From the NCBI GenBank assembly GCA_023248875.1, contig JAHFDT010000001.1:1-63791 (forward strand): a stretch of 63,791 nucleotides of DNA, read 5' to 3'. The notes under the pieces were generated by a model. That model saw only the letters and a program-made list of their open reading frames with translations. It made no database searches and was not told the DNA's origin. Every line of letters begins with the position of its first letter. Position 1 is the stretch's first letter. The translations under genes and the position numbers were made by a program. The DNA is from Myxococcales bacterium. GTDB lineage: Bacteria; Myxococcota_A; Polyangia; Palsa-1104; SHYY01. Of the stretch, positions 51,325 through 63,101 are shown in pieces.

Positions 51325-52280
51325 TACTGTGCCGCTTCCGTCCGGTTGCGCCCTCGCCGCTTGGCCGTCAGCAACACCGCTGCCGCGCGTGCGACGAGCG
51401 CCTCTCTCGGTTCGTTGGGACGGCGCTCGGCCACGCCTGCGGAGATCGTAAGCCGGACCGTGGCTCCTCCCGCCGAGATCCCGGTCGCCTGCAGCCGGGT
51501 ACGCGCTTCTTCGGCGATCGCCACGGCGCGCGTGCGATCCGTCGCGGGAAGAACGAGTAAGAATTGATCCTCGCTGAGGCGCACGGTGGTGTCACCGACA
51601 CGCAGCACACCGGCCAGAAACCCAGCGATGCCTCTGAGTGCCTCATCGCCGACCGCATGCCCGAGCGCTTCGTTCACCCGGGCAAAGCCGTCCACATCGA
51701 TCGCGATGACGGAGAGCAGCGATAGCTCGGGGATCGCCAAGTCGAGTCCGCGGTGATTGAGCGCTCCCGTGAGCTCGTCGACTTGCTCAAGCCGCGCGCG
51801 CCTTAGAATCTCAATGTGCGGGGCGCAAATTGCGGCAATGAGGGCCAAGAAATCTTCGTGGTGCGCGGTAAAGCGATCCGGTGCAGCATCTGATGCCGAG
51901 AGAACACCGATGCACGAGCGGTCCACCAGCAGTGGCATACCCAGGTACGAGCCCATCGGGCCCTTCATGTCCAACCGTCGAACGAAGCGTGGATCGTGGT
52001 CAGCATCGCCCGTGCGGATCGGTTCTCCGTGTTGTGCAATCCAACCGATCAGCCCCTCTCCGGGGCGGAACTCCACCAAAAGACTGCGATGAAGCTGTTC
52101 GCCCGCGCGGCAGACCGCCAACAGGCGCGTGCGAGTGGTGTCGAAAAGGCGCAGGCTGACGCGCCCTGCTTTTAGCAGCGCCGCCGTGCGTTCGACGATC
52201 CCCTGCAACATCTCCTCGAGCGGCGCACGCTTTTGAAAGTCGCGCACGATGGTAAGCAGGGCCTGAATTTCCCGGGACAT
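51324..52280 (-). CDS. GAF domain + degenerate GGDEF domain protein
   Basis: The internal ATG at 52280 gives MSREIQALL. The GAF-like segment is (…GEGLIGWIAQHGEPIRTGDADHDPRF). The GGDEF domain has DVDGFARVNEALGH, but the active-site GG(D/E)EF reads SEDQF. RVGD (RxxD I-site) sits exactly 5 residues upstream. Confidence 0.8.
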   Translation of the reverse strand: MSREIQALLTIVRDFQKRAPLEEMLQGIVERTAALLKAGRVSLRLFDTTRTRLLAVCRAGEQLHRSLLVEFRPGEGLIGWIAQHGEPIRTGDADHDPRFVRRLDMKGPMGSYLGMPLLVDRSCIGVLSASDAAPDRFTAHHEDFLALIAAICAPHIEILRRARLEQVDELTGALNHRGLDLAIPELSLLSVIAIDVDGFARVNEALGHAVGDEALRGIAGFLAGVLRVGDTTVRLSEDQFLLVLPATDRTRAVAIAEEARTRLQATGISAGGATVRLTISAGVAERRPNEPREALVARAAAVLLTAKRRGRNRTEAAQ

Positions 52281-52314
52281 GTCTTTAGAGCGTAACTCGG
52301 GCGAACCAAAACAG

Positions 52315-53802
52315 CTAGGGCGGTCCGACCGGATAGCTCGGCAGTGCAATCCGGTCCCACAACGCTCGGTCAATGGCCCCGCGTTTGGCCACCTCTTCAA
52401 ACACATCGGCCGCGCGCGGTGTGCGGGTGCGCGGAAAGTTGGGCTTGGTAAAGTCGACCTGAAAAAGACCGTAGCGCGGCTCAATCCCGTCGTTCCATTC
52501 GAAATTGTCGCTGATGGTCCAGTAATAGTAGCCGCGGATATCGTAGCCAGCGGCGATCGCCTCCCCGGCCTTGCGGAGATGGTCGAGGATATAAAATGGG
52601 CGCTCGTCGTCGTCGAGATCTGCCTCGCCATTTTCTGTGATGTTCATCGGCAGACCATATTTGCTGTACTCCTCGATCACGGTGCGCAGCCCGGGCGATG
52701 AGATCTCCCAGTAACGGTCGGAATGGGGCAGCGTGGTGTCATACTCGCGCACATCGAGGTGCGGCGTGCCAAAAAAGGGCGCCACCTTACTGAGGATGCC
52801 CCCCGCTTCGACGCGCATCCGCTGGTAGTAGTTGAGCCCGATGAAGTCGAGTGTGTGCCGAAGCTCTTCGTCGTGGCCCTCGGGCGGATCGGTCTTGAGA
52901 TTGTCAGCCCGACCATCGAGATCGACGTCGATATCGCCCTCCCAGATCCCCTTCATGAACTGGTGGTTCACAATGTAGTCAAAATGTTTTGCGGCCTGCA
53001 CATCATCGGGCGAAGTGGCATCGAGCGGCACCGACTCGAGTGCGAGGTTTTCAAAACCGACGAAGGCGGCCACGCCATCGCCATCGGCGTCCTGGGTATC
53101 GAGCTGATGGATGTGGTGATAGGTGCGAGCATGGAGGTACATGAGGTTCACCAGTGCGCGCTGGGACGATTTGATGTCGAGAAATTTGCCGGGTGGATGA
53201 AGGCCGGCCAAATACTCTGCACCAACGATGGAGTAGGGCTCTTCGAAAGTTAGCCAATCGTCGACGAGGCCGGCCAGCGCGGGCACCACGTGGTCGACGA
53301 GAGGCACGAAGGCTTCTGCGAACGCGCGGTCGGAGCGGGATAAAAGATCGATCCCCTGCTTAGGCGACTGTACCCAAGTGGGCGTCACCCAGTGGAACAT
53401 CACGATCACGGGGCGCAGCTTCCGCGCCCGCATCGCCTGGACGATGGCGACGATGCGTCCCAGTTCGGCGTCATCGAAGACGCCCGGCGCAGGCTCGAGC
53501 CGTGCCCAGTCGATAGCGTAGCTAAAGGCGTTGGCACCCAGCGAAGCAGCGAGGTCGAGATCGGTGGTATAGCCCTCGAAAAAGCCGTTGCCATGGTCGT
53601 TGTGCTGGCCGCCCTTGATCTTGCCAAGCTCGTCCCACTCGCTCCAATTGCTGGCCACGCGTGTGCCATCGCCGCGCAGGCTGCCCTCCGACTGGTAGGC
53701 AATGGTGGCAAAGCCGAATTGAAAACTCTTGGGAAACACAGCGACAGGCCCCGTGGGGCTACACGCCGCCATGGCGAGCAACCCCAGCGCGAAGAATCTC
53801 AT
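52315..53802 (-). CDS. Glycoside hydrolase family 1 (beta-glucosidase-like), lipoprotein
   Basis: The signal/lipobox is MRFFALGLLAMAAC. The acid/base region is LTFEEP (TFNEP-like) and the nucleophile motif is NITENGEA (ITENG). Confidence 0.9.
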   Translation of the reverse strand: MRFFALGLLAMAACSPTGPVAVFPKSFQFGFATIAYQSEGSLRGDGTRVASNWSEWDELGKIKGGQHNDHGNGFFEGYTTDLDLAASLGANAFSYAIDWARLEPAPGVFDDAELGRIVAIVQAMRARKLRPVIVMFHWVTPTWVQSPKQGIDLLSRSDRAFAEAFVPLVDHVVPALAGLVDDWLTFEEPYSIVGAEYLAGLHPPGKFLDIKSSQRALVNLMYLHARTYHHIHQLDTQDADGDGVAAFVGFENLALESVPLDATSPDDVQAAKHFDYIVNHQFMKGIWEGDIDVDLDGRADNLKTDPPEGHDEELRHTLDFIGLNYYQRMRVEAGGILSKVAPFFGTPHLDVREYDTTLPHSDRYWEISSPGLRTVIEEYSKYGLPMNITENGEADLDDDERPFYILDHLRKAGEAIAAGYDIRGYYYWTISDNFEWNDGIEPRYGLFQVDFTKPNFPRTRTPRAADVFEEVAKRGAIDRALWDRIALPSYPVGPP

Positions 53803-53804
53803 GG

Positions 53805-54814
53805 CTACAACCTCAGCAGGGCGGAGCCCCAGGTGAACCCGGCGCCAAAGGCTGCCAAGCAGACAAGGTCACCCTTCTGTACTTTGCCGAGGCGTCGACA
53901 CTCATCGAGGGCGAGCGGGATCGACGCCGCCGTGGTGTTGCCCACATGGTCGATGTTGTTGAAGCACTTCTCGTCGGGCAGCCCCAGCACCTGTTTGGCC
54001 ACATACTCGTTGATGCGCAGGTTGGCCTGATGCGGGATCAGCATCTTGAGGTCCGCGAGCGAAACGCCATTTTTTGCCAAGGCTTCAAATACCGCTTCGG
54101 CCATCTTCGGCACCGCGTGCTTGAACACCTGACGCCCCTTCATCTTGGGAAAGTGGCGGGTATGGTCGCCCGAGATCTGCTCCACGCCGCACTGGGGGTG
54201 CTCTTTCGACGAGGGGTACTCGAGCCACAGGTCCTCGGCAAAATTGCCGTCGGCATGAAGATGCGTCGAGATAATCTGACTCTCCTCGTCCGCCGGAGTG
54301 ATCACTGCAGCACCGGCCCCATCGCCGAAGATCACCGTGACATCGCGCCCGCGCGTCGAGCGATCGAGCCCACTTGAATGCACCTCTGCACCCACGAGAA
54401 GAATCCGGTCATACATGCCGGTGCGGATGAACTGATCCGCGACCGAAAGCCCGTAGATGAAGCCGGTGCACTGTTGGCGAACGTCGAGCGCTGCGGTGCC
54501 CGCCGGAACACCCAGCTTGCGCTGGAGAAACACGCCCGTGCCGGGAAACATGTGGTCGGGCGAAAGCGTGGCGAATATGATCATCTGAATGTCTTTGGGC
54601 TCGAGCCCGGCGTCGGCGAGCGCGCGCTTCGACGCCTCGCAGCCGAGGTCGGACGAACCGATCCCGCCGCCATCCGGCACCCAGTGGCGCTGCTTGATGC
54701 CGGTGCGCTCCTGGATCCACTCGTCGGAGGTGTCTACCCACTGCTTGAGATCGTCGTTGGTGACGATCCGTTCGGGGACGTAACTGCCAAGCCCGGCGAT
54801 GCGTGATTTACGCA

Positions 54815-54815
<1 letters not shown>
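53805..54815 (-). CDS. fabH: 3-oxoacyl-ACP synthase III
   Basis: The active-site Cys context is RQQCTGFIYGL. HQAN and the C-terminal AAFGAGFTWGSALLRL are typical FabH. Confidence 0.9.
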
Positions 54816-57292
<2,477 letters not shown>

Positions 57293-58402
57293 CTACCACA
57301 AAATCGCCCCTTCTACGACGCGAAAATCGCGCCTTTCGGAATCCCATAGAACATGGTCCCGGTGGGTGGTGGTGATGAACACCTGGGCCGAAAGACCGTG
57401 CAGAAAATCGAACAGCTGGGCGTTGCGCGTGGCATCGAGCTCGGAGGAAACATCATCGAGGAGCAGGATCGGCGGCTCGCCCAGAACCGCTTCGAGCTGT
57501 TCGATCTCGGCGATCTTCAGGGCCAGCATGAGCGCCCGCAGCTGCCCCTGAGAGGCGTGCAACCCCGCTTCGCGACCATCGAGGATGAGCTCGAGATCAT
57601 CGGTGTGAGGACCCACGCCGGTAAAGCCGCGCGCCAAATCGCGCGCCCGCGCCGCGACGAGCGCCCTCGCAAGCTCCTCCGCAAGCTGGCCATCGGCGCC
57701 AGAAAAATCGCTCGCGTAGCGCACCGCCAAGGATAATCCCGAGCGGGTGATACGCTCAAAGGCGGCCACCACGCGCGGCTCGAGCGCCCTTAGGTACCGA
57801 CGGCGATGCCCTACCACCGCGGCCCCTGATTGGGCCAGTTGTGATTCGTAAACTTCAATTAAATCCACTACCTGATCGGTCTTCTCAGGGTCGCGCAAAA
57901 GTGCGTTGCGCGAGCGTAGGACCCGCTGATAAGCGCGCAGATCGGCGAGCAGCGCGGGATCGGCATTCCATACCGCGCGGTCGAGAAATCGCCGCCGCGC
58001 CTCGGGGGCCCCGCGCGGTAGCGCCAGATCGTCGGCACCAAACAGCACCACATTGAAACCGCCGAAGTGATCGATCGTGGCTCGCACCGGTTTGCCATCC
58101 ACCTTTGCGAGCTTGCGCAGGGGCGCCCCCTGGAGCTCCACCTCGTGCAGCCTGCAGAGGCCCTGCCGCTCGAGCCGAGCGCGTACGCGCGCTGCTACCT
58201 CGTTCTGGACGCCAAATCGCACCATCTCCTCGTTACGGCTGGCGCGAAACGAAGTGAGGGTGGCGACCCAGTAGATCGCTTCGAGTAAGTTGGTCTTGCC
58301 CTGGGCGTTATCGCCGGCCAAGACATTGAACCGCGGGCCCGGCTCGATCAGCACCTGGATGAGGTTGCGGAAATTGCCTACTTCGACGGCGAGAAGCTTC
58401 AA
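57293..58402 (-). CDS. recF: DNA replication/repair protein RecF
   Basis: The Walker A is GDNAQGKTNLLEAIY, the signature is ASQGQLRAL and the Walker B is ILLLDDVSSELD. Confidence 0.95.
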   Translation of the reverse strand: MKLLAVEVGNFRNLIQVLIEPGPRFNVLAGDNAQGKTNLLEAIYWVATLTSFRASRNEEMVRFGVQNEVAARVRARLERQGLCRLHEVELQGAPLRKLAKVDGKPVRATIDHFGGFNVVLFGADDLALPRGAPEARRRFLDRAVWNADPALLADLRAYQRVLRSRNALLRDPEKTDQVVDLIEVYESQLAQSGAAVVGHRRRYLRALEPRVVAAFERITRSGLSLAVRYASDFSGADGQLAEELARALVAARARDLARGFTGVGPHTDDLELILDGREAGLHASQGQLRALMLALKIAEIEQLEAVLGEPPILLLDDVSSELDATRNAQLFDFLHGLSAQVFITTTHRDHVLWDSERRDFRVVEGAILW

Positions 58403-59514
58403 ATTCTCATGGGCATGACGACGCCGAGATAGTCAGCGCCATCGTCGCGCTGCGAGACCGGCCGCACCACACCCGGATCGAGCTCGCCCGCCAATTCCAG
58501 CTGCACTCGCGGCGCCTCAATCTCCCCCAAAATATCGATAAAATAGCGTGCGTTGAAGCCCACCGAAAGCGCCGCCCCGTCATAGTCGGCCTCGAGCTCC
58601 TCTCGCCCTTCGCCGAGGTCCGGATTGTCGGAGGTGACGCGCAGCAGGCCCTTTTCGATCGAAAACTTCACGCCCCAGGTCTTGTCCGACGACATGATCG
58701 AAACGCGGCGCAAGGCGTCGTAGAGCTGCGAGCGCGAAAGCTTCACGATTTTATCGTGATCCTTGGGGATCACCTGCTGATAGGGCGGAAACTGGGCCTC
58801 GACTAGCTTGACGCAAATGGCAATTTTTCCAGTGCGCACGAAGATGTGGTTCTCGCGAAGGCCGAGCTCGAACTCGCCGGTCGTGTTTTCGAGCGCGCGC
58901 CGCAGTTCGGCGAGCCCTTTGCGCGGAATGATCACGCCCTGTCCAAGCTCCGGTCCCCCCGCGAAATTGCGCTCGCATTTCGATAGCCGATGGCCATCGG
59001 TCGACACCATGCGCGCGCGCTTGCCATCGCACTCGAACAGCACGCCGTTGAGGTGATAGCGCGTCTCATCGCTCGAGATGGAAAAGAAGGTCTTGGCGAT
59101 GAGATCGCGAAACGCCCCCGCATCTACCTTGGAGAATTTCACCTCCCGATGGTTCGGTAGCTTGGGAAAATCGCGATCGGCCATGCCTACCATGCGGTAT
59201 TCGACCCGGCCGGATTTGATCTCAGCGTAGTTGTTCTCCCCACGTTTGAGCGATAGCTCTCCCGCTGGTAGCGACTTCACAATTTCATGCAGCTGTTTTG
59301 CTCCGATCGTAATGCCGCCCTCTTTATCCACCGCCGCCGGCAGCTCGGCCGTAACCGTGACACCCAGATCGGTCGCGCCCAGGAGCACACGCTCTTTGCC
59401 ATCACTGCGGAGCAGCACATTCGCTAAGATCGGCATAGTCGCTTTGCGATCCGCAACATTTTGCGCGAGCGCCAAGCCGCTCAAGAACACTTCGCGATCG
59501 ATCTTCAGTTCCAT
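58399..59514 (-). CDS. dnaN: DNA polymerase III beta sliding clamp
   Basis: 371 aa with the typical DnaN start MELKIDREVFLSGLALAQNVADRKATMPILANVLL and end YLGVVMPMRI. It overlaps the recF start by 4 nt. Confidence 0.95.
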   Translation of the reverse strand: MELKIDREVFLSGLALAQNVADRKATMPILANVLLRSDGKERVLLGATDLGVTVTAELPAAVDKEGGITIGAKQLHEIVKSLPAGELSLKRGENNYAEIKSGRVEYRMVGMADRDFPKLPNHREVKFSKVDAGAFRDLIAKTFFSISSDETRYHLNGVLFECDGKRARMVSTDGHRLSKCERNFAGGPELGQGVIIPRKGLAELRRALENTTGEFELGLRENHIFVRTGKIAICVKLVEAQFPPYQQVIPKDHDKIVKLSRSQLYDALRRVSIMSSDKTWGVKFSIEKGLLRVTSDNPDLGEGREELEADYDGAALSVGFNARYFIDILGEIEAPRVQLELAGELDPGVVRPVSQRDDGADYLGVVMPMRI

Positions 59515-59805
59515 CTGTTGACCCCAGCTCTGTTCTGTTTCTTTAGAACTAAATTAAAAGATCCGGATCTATACAGAGTCCTGTGAAAACCTGGATAACT
59601 CCCGCAACGCGCCGCAGCTTATCCGCTTTAGCTGTGGCTGGAACGGGGGACGAAATCTGCGCAGGAGACACTTTTTCCACAGCACCCGCTTGTCCCCAGA
59701 TCCGCCACAGGCTGTTCCCCAAGTATTCCCACAGGCTCGATTGGTTAGCATTCGGCCCGTCGCCATACAATGAAAAACGCGTATGGTCATGACCATAGGA
59801 AGCGA
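59515..59805. other. dnaN upstream region with AT-rich patch, weak DnaA-box cluster and a 16-bp perfect palindrome
   Basis: The AT-rich patch is CTTTAGAACTAAATTAAAAGAT (about 59541-59562). The box-like 9-mers are CCTGGATAA (59590-98, 2 mismatches to TGTGGATAA), TTATCCGCT (59619-27, 2 mismatches) and TTTTCCACA (59673-81, 1 mismatch). The palindrome is TATGGTCATGACCATA (59782-59797). Confidence 0.5.
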
Positions 59806-60396
59806 CTATTGCGTGCTGATGGTGGGGCTCCAAAAATGGAGCGAGTGGATCACTGGGTGCGGGCTTGATTCGTTGACGCTCAGGCAAGTGCTCATCTGAT
59901 AGGATCCGAAGTTTAGCTGTGCAATGGTCAGCGTACCTGTAAAGCCCTCGTTGTAGAGATCGGTGGGTTGGCAGTTGCGTTGGCTCGAAAGACAGCCGCT
60001 AGTTAAACTTACTATCCAACCCGGCGGCAGTTTGGCGAGATCCACGGTAACCGGCCACTGCGGTGGGGGGCCGACGAAACGTTGCCAGCGCACCATAATG
60101 GGAGTGGGAAGCTGAGCACTGATGACATCAAACGCGGCGGCCTCGCAGCAGTTGAGGTAAAGGGGGTGGGCGGACACAGCGGGGCTGGCGGCGAGCTTTC
60201 CATTGAGCTCGATCTGCGGTGAGTTGGGATTACCACAAAAGCCACCCAAATCGGCCGTGGCCAACCGCAGATCTCCCCCGTAGAACAGATCCAGGTTAGC
60301 CGCCATTTGTAAGTCGGACCCACCCGGAGTCGGCAGCGCGCTCTGGGAGCAACCCGCTACCGTTAGCAAGACGAAAAGAATCGTTGGCCGCTGCAT
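59806..60396 (-). CDS. Lipoprotein of unknown function inserted between dnaA and dnaN
   Basis: The lipobox is MQRPTILFVLLTVAGC. It is 196 aa with several Cys. Its ATG at 60396 lies 1 nt downstream of the dnaA stop codon (60398-60400). Confidence 0.6.
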   Translation of the reverse strand: MQRPTILFVLLTVAGCSQSALPTPGGSDLQMAANLDLFYGGDLRLATADLGGFCGNPNSPQIELNGKLAASPAVSAHPLYLNCCEAAAFDVISAQLPTPIMVRWQRFVGPPPQWPVTVDLAKLPPGWIVSLTSGCLSSQRNCQPTDLYNEGFTGTLTIAQLNFGSYQMSTCLSVNESSPHPVIHSLHFWSPTISTQ

Positions 60397-60397
60397 C

Positions 60398-61756
60398 CTA
60401 CTGCGTCAACCGCCGCTCCAGCTCTTCCACGGCATAGCGGGTCTTGGGATCGTCCTGAACCAGCTTTTCAATCTTGCGGCAGGCCGATAGCACCGTGGTG
60501 TGGTCTTTGCCGCCAAACTTCGACCCGAGCTCGGGATAGCTCGCCTTGACCAGCTTACGCGCGAGATACATGGCGATCTGGCGCGGCCGTGCCAGCGCTT
60601 GATGGCGATGGTGCGATTTGAGATCGGTCAGCTTGAGGTTGAAGTGGTGGGCGACCTCCTTCTGCACGCTCTCGATGGTCACGGCCGAAGTCGACTGGCT
60701 GAGGAACTGCTTGAGCGTTTCTTTGGCGAAGTCGATGGTGATGGGCTGTGCCGTAAGCGATGCAAAGGCGGCGATGCGAATGAGGAGCCCTTCGAGCTCG
60801 CGCACGTTCGACTTGATGTGGGTGGCGAGAAAGATCGTCACATCCTTGGGCAGGTCGATCTGGTCGACCTCGGCCTTCTTTTCCAAAATGGCGATGCGGG
60901 TTTCGAGCTCGGGCGGCTGGATGTCGGCGATGAGACCCCACTGAAAGCGCGAACGGATGCGGTCTTCGAGGTCGGGGATTTCGTGCGGATACTTATCGGC
61001 CGTGACCACGATCTGCCGGTGCGATTCGAACAGCGAATTGAAGGTATGAAAGAACTCCTCCTGGGTGCGGTCCTTGCCGGCCAGGAACTGGATATCGTCC
61101 ATCAGCAAGACATCACAATGCTCGCGGTATCGACGGCGAAACTCGTCGATGCGGTTGGAACGCACGCAGGTGATGTACTCGTTCATAAAGGTTTCGGCCT
61201 TGAGATAGCAGATGTTCCAATCGGGCCGAGTTTCATGGACCGCGTGGCCGATGGCGTGGATGAGGTGGGTCTTCCCGAGCCCTACGCCGCCGTAGATGAA
61301 GAGCGGGTTGTACTTGCCGGCCGGAAATTCGACCGCTGCACGTGAAGCGGCATGGGCCAGCTGGTTGGAGGGGCCGACCACGAAGCTATTGAAGCGGTAT
61401 TTGGCCAGGAGACTCGGGTGAGGACTGGCCGGAAGCGCTGAGGCGACGGGAGCAGCTTCCTCGGAGGGGAGCAATTCGCTATCGGCGAGCACCGGCACCA
61501 CTTCGGCCACGTCCACGTCCTCACCGACTTCGAGGGCGATGCGGTACTCGAGATGAGTCAGCGCGCGGAGCTCATCCTGGACGATGCTGAGGTAGTTGTC
61601 CTCAAACCATTCCTTAATATATCGGTTCGGGGCGCGCAGGAGAATGCGATCCTCCTCCACCGCCAGGCACTGGATGGGTTTCAGCCACATATCGAAATTG
61701 TGGCGCTTGATCTTCTGTTCCATCGCGCCAAGCGCCGCTTCCCAAATCGCTGCCAT
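60398..61756 (-). CDS. dnaA: Chromosomal replication initiator DnaA
   Basis: 452 aa. The motifs are the Walker A GGVGLGKTHL, the Walker B LLMDDIQFL, the sensor region and the C-terminal DNA-binding helix (…GGKDHTTVLSACRKI). Confidence 0.97.
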   Translation of the reverse strand: MAAIWEAALGAMEQKIKRHNFDMWLKPIQCLAVEEDRILLRAPNRYIKEWFEDNYLSIVQDELRALTHLEYRIALEVGEDVDVAEVVPVLADSELLPSEEAAPVASALPASPHPSLLAKYRFNSFVVGPSNQLAHAASRAAVEFPAGKYNPLFIYGGVGLGKTHLIHAIGHAVHETRPDWNICYLKAETFMNEYITCVRSNRIDEFRRRYREHCDVLLMDDIQFLAGKDRTQEEFFHTFNSLFESHRQIVVTADKYPHEIPDLEDRIRSRFQWGLIADIQPPELETRIAILEKKAEVDQIDLPKDVTIFLATHIKSNVRELEGLLIRIAAFASLTAQPITIDFAKETLKQFLSQSTSAVTIESVQKEVAHHFNLKLTDLKSHHRHQALARPRQIAMYLARKLVKASYPELGSKFGGKDHTTVLSACRKIEKLVQDDPKTRYAVEELERRLTQ

Positions 61757-62301
61757 GAACCCCCGAAAGAGAAAACTTATCCATTCACAGGGGGGACTTT
61801 CCCGTCCCCCCCTCGACGAGCAAAGCTCATCGAGCCTTCCCCCTCACCGCGCGAGGAGCGCGCGGAAGGGATGCAACCGTGACGATCCAATTTTCACCGC
61901 GTGAACGCTTACGAGAAAACTTATCCACAACCTATCCACGTCTGTGGATAACGCATCTCCAATAAAAATACGTGTCGTTTTAAATGGTTACTGAACAGAT
62001 GGCCGACCAACGGCGAATGTGCGAACAGGAACTAACGAGCATCCAGACCCCCCGAAGCGTTGGGTTTCTTAGCAAAGGTACGCTCTTTGTGGCAAGGAGA
62101 AAAATGCGAATGAGTCTGATCTGCTATGAAATAATTCGGAAAAAAGTTGATCAAAATCGGCAGAAAATTCTAGCGCTAAAAGTGCGCTGGCGACATGAGG
62201 TCGGAAGCGCTTGGATCAAGAGCGAAAATCGGTAGCGAGAATTTTTGAACGCGCTACGCGAACGGCTGAAAACTCGATTTCTCGACGGAAAAACCGATCC
62301 C
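61757..62301. other. Candidate oriC (dnaA-rpmH intergenic region)
   Basis: 545 bp without a credible ORF lie between divergent dnaA and rpmH. Perfect and near-perfect DnaA boxes are present, along with visibly AT-rich stretches (61961-61995 and about 62100-62190). The 15-mer GAGAAAACTTATCCA occurs twice (61769-61783 and 61913-61927). Confidence 0.65.
61921..61951. promoter_or_regulatory. DnaA-box triplet
   Basis: TTATCCACA (61921-61929, perfect), CTATCCACG (61932-61940, 2 mismatches) and TGTGGATAA (61943-61951, perfect, inverted). An additional TTATCCATT lies at 61777-61785. Confidence 0.85.
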
Positions 62302-62330
62302 TTGACAGGGGCGAAGCACGCTGGTATGGA
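62302..62330 (+). promoter_or_regulatory. Sigma70-like promoter for rpmH operon
   Basis: TTGACA (62302-62307), a 17-nt spacer, then an extended -10-like TGgTATGGA (62322-62330). The SD GAGGAGAAGG lies upstream of GTG 62357. Confidence 0.45.
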
Positions 62331-62356
62331 TCGCCACCTTTGACGAGGAGAAGGCC

Positions 62357-62506
62357 GTGAAGCGCACATTCCAGCCTCATAACAAGCGACGCAAGCGGAC
62401 CCATGGTTTCCGCAAGCGCATGCGCACACGTGGCGGCCGTCTGGTGCTAAACGCACGTCGTCGCAAAGGGCGTAAGCGGCTGGTCGTCACGGTCGCGAAA
62501 AAGTAG
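62357..62506 (+). CDS. rpmH: 50S ribosomal protein L34
   Basis: Not in the ORF track because it is under 60 aa. The GTG start translates to [49 protein letters not shown], a canonical L34. Confidence 0.95.
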   Translation: MKRTFQPHNKRRKRTHGFRKRMRTRGGRLVLNARRRKGRKRLVVTVAKK

Positions 62507-62526
62507 CCGGGGCAGCGGCCCCCTCC

Positions 62527-62889
62527 ATGGGGTTGCCCGAGACTGAGACGTTTCCACTATGCCTACGCATCCGCAAGCGGAGCGAGTACTTGGCGATCCA
62601 GGGGCGCGGGCGCAAGCTCGAGAGTGCGCACTTTCTCCTGTTTGTGCGCGCCGCGACGGAGGGGATGGCGCCGACGCGCGTGGGCTTTACGGTGTCGAAG
62701 CGGGTCGGAGGAGCGGTGGTACGCAATCGACTAAAGCGGCGGCTCCGCGAGATCTGTCGCAGGAATCGCCGCTGGTTTCCCACCGGGTTCGACCTGGTGC
62801 TGGTGGCCAAGCCCAGCGCGAGGGGGGTGGTTTTCTCCCAGGCAGCGAGCGAAATCGAGCTGTTTTCACGGCGGTTGCAGCGGCGATGA
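62527..62889 (+). CDS. rnpA: Ribonuclease P protein component
   Basis: [28 protein letters not shown]...[23 protein letters not shown] contains the RNR motif. The position after rpmH fits. Confidence 0.9.
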   Translation: MGLPETETFPLCLRIRKRSEYLAIQGRGRKLESAHFLLFVRAATEGMAPTRVGFTVSKRVGGAVVRNRLKRRLREICRRNRRWFPTGFDLVLVAKPSARGVVFSQAASEIELFSRRLQRR

Positions 62890-63101
62890 CCCTCGTGCTT
62901 TTAGGGTTGCTGCGCGGCTATCGCCTGCTGGCCTCTCCTTGGCTCGGCGGGCACTGCCGCTTTGAACCCAGCTGCTCCAGCTATGCCGAGGAGGCCCTGC
63001 GCCGGTTCGGCCCGCTTAGGGGTTCGTGGCGAACCCTGCATCGCCTGCTACGGTGTCACCCATTGGCGGCGGGCGGGTATCACCCGGTGTGCGAAAAATG
63101 A
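62886..63101 (+). CDS. yidD: Membrane protein insertion efficiency factor YidD
   Basis: The ATG at 62886 overlaps the rnpA stop (ATGA). [59 protein letters not shown] is canonical YidD. Confidence 0.9.
   Translation: MTLVLLGLLRGYRLLASPWLGGHCRFEPSCSSYAEEALRRFGPLRGSWRTLHRLLRCHPLAAGGYHPVCEK

Noticed and set aside
61984-62235. 83-aa plus-strand ORF inside the dnaA-rpmH intergenic region
   Set aside because: It lies in the AT-rich origin candidate with atypical codon usage for this genome (many A/T-ending codons) and no motif. It is most likely non-coding.
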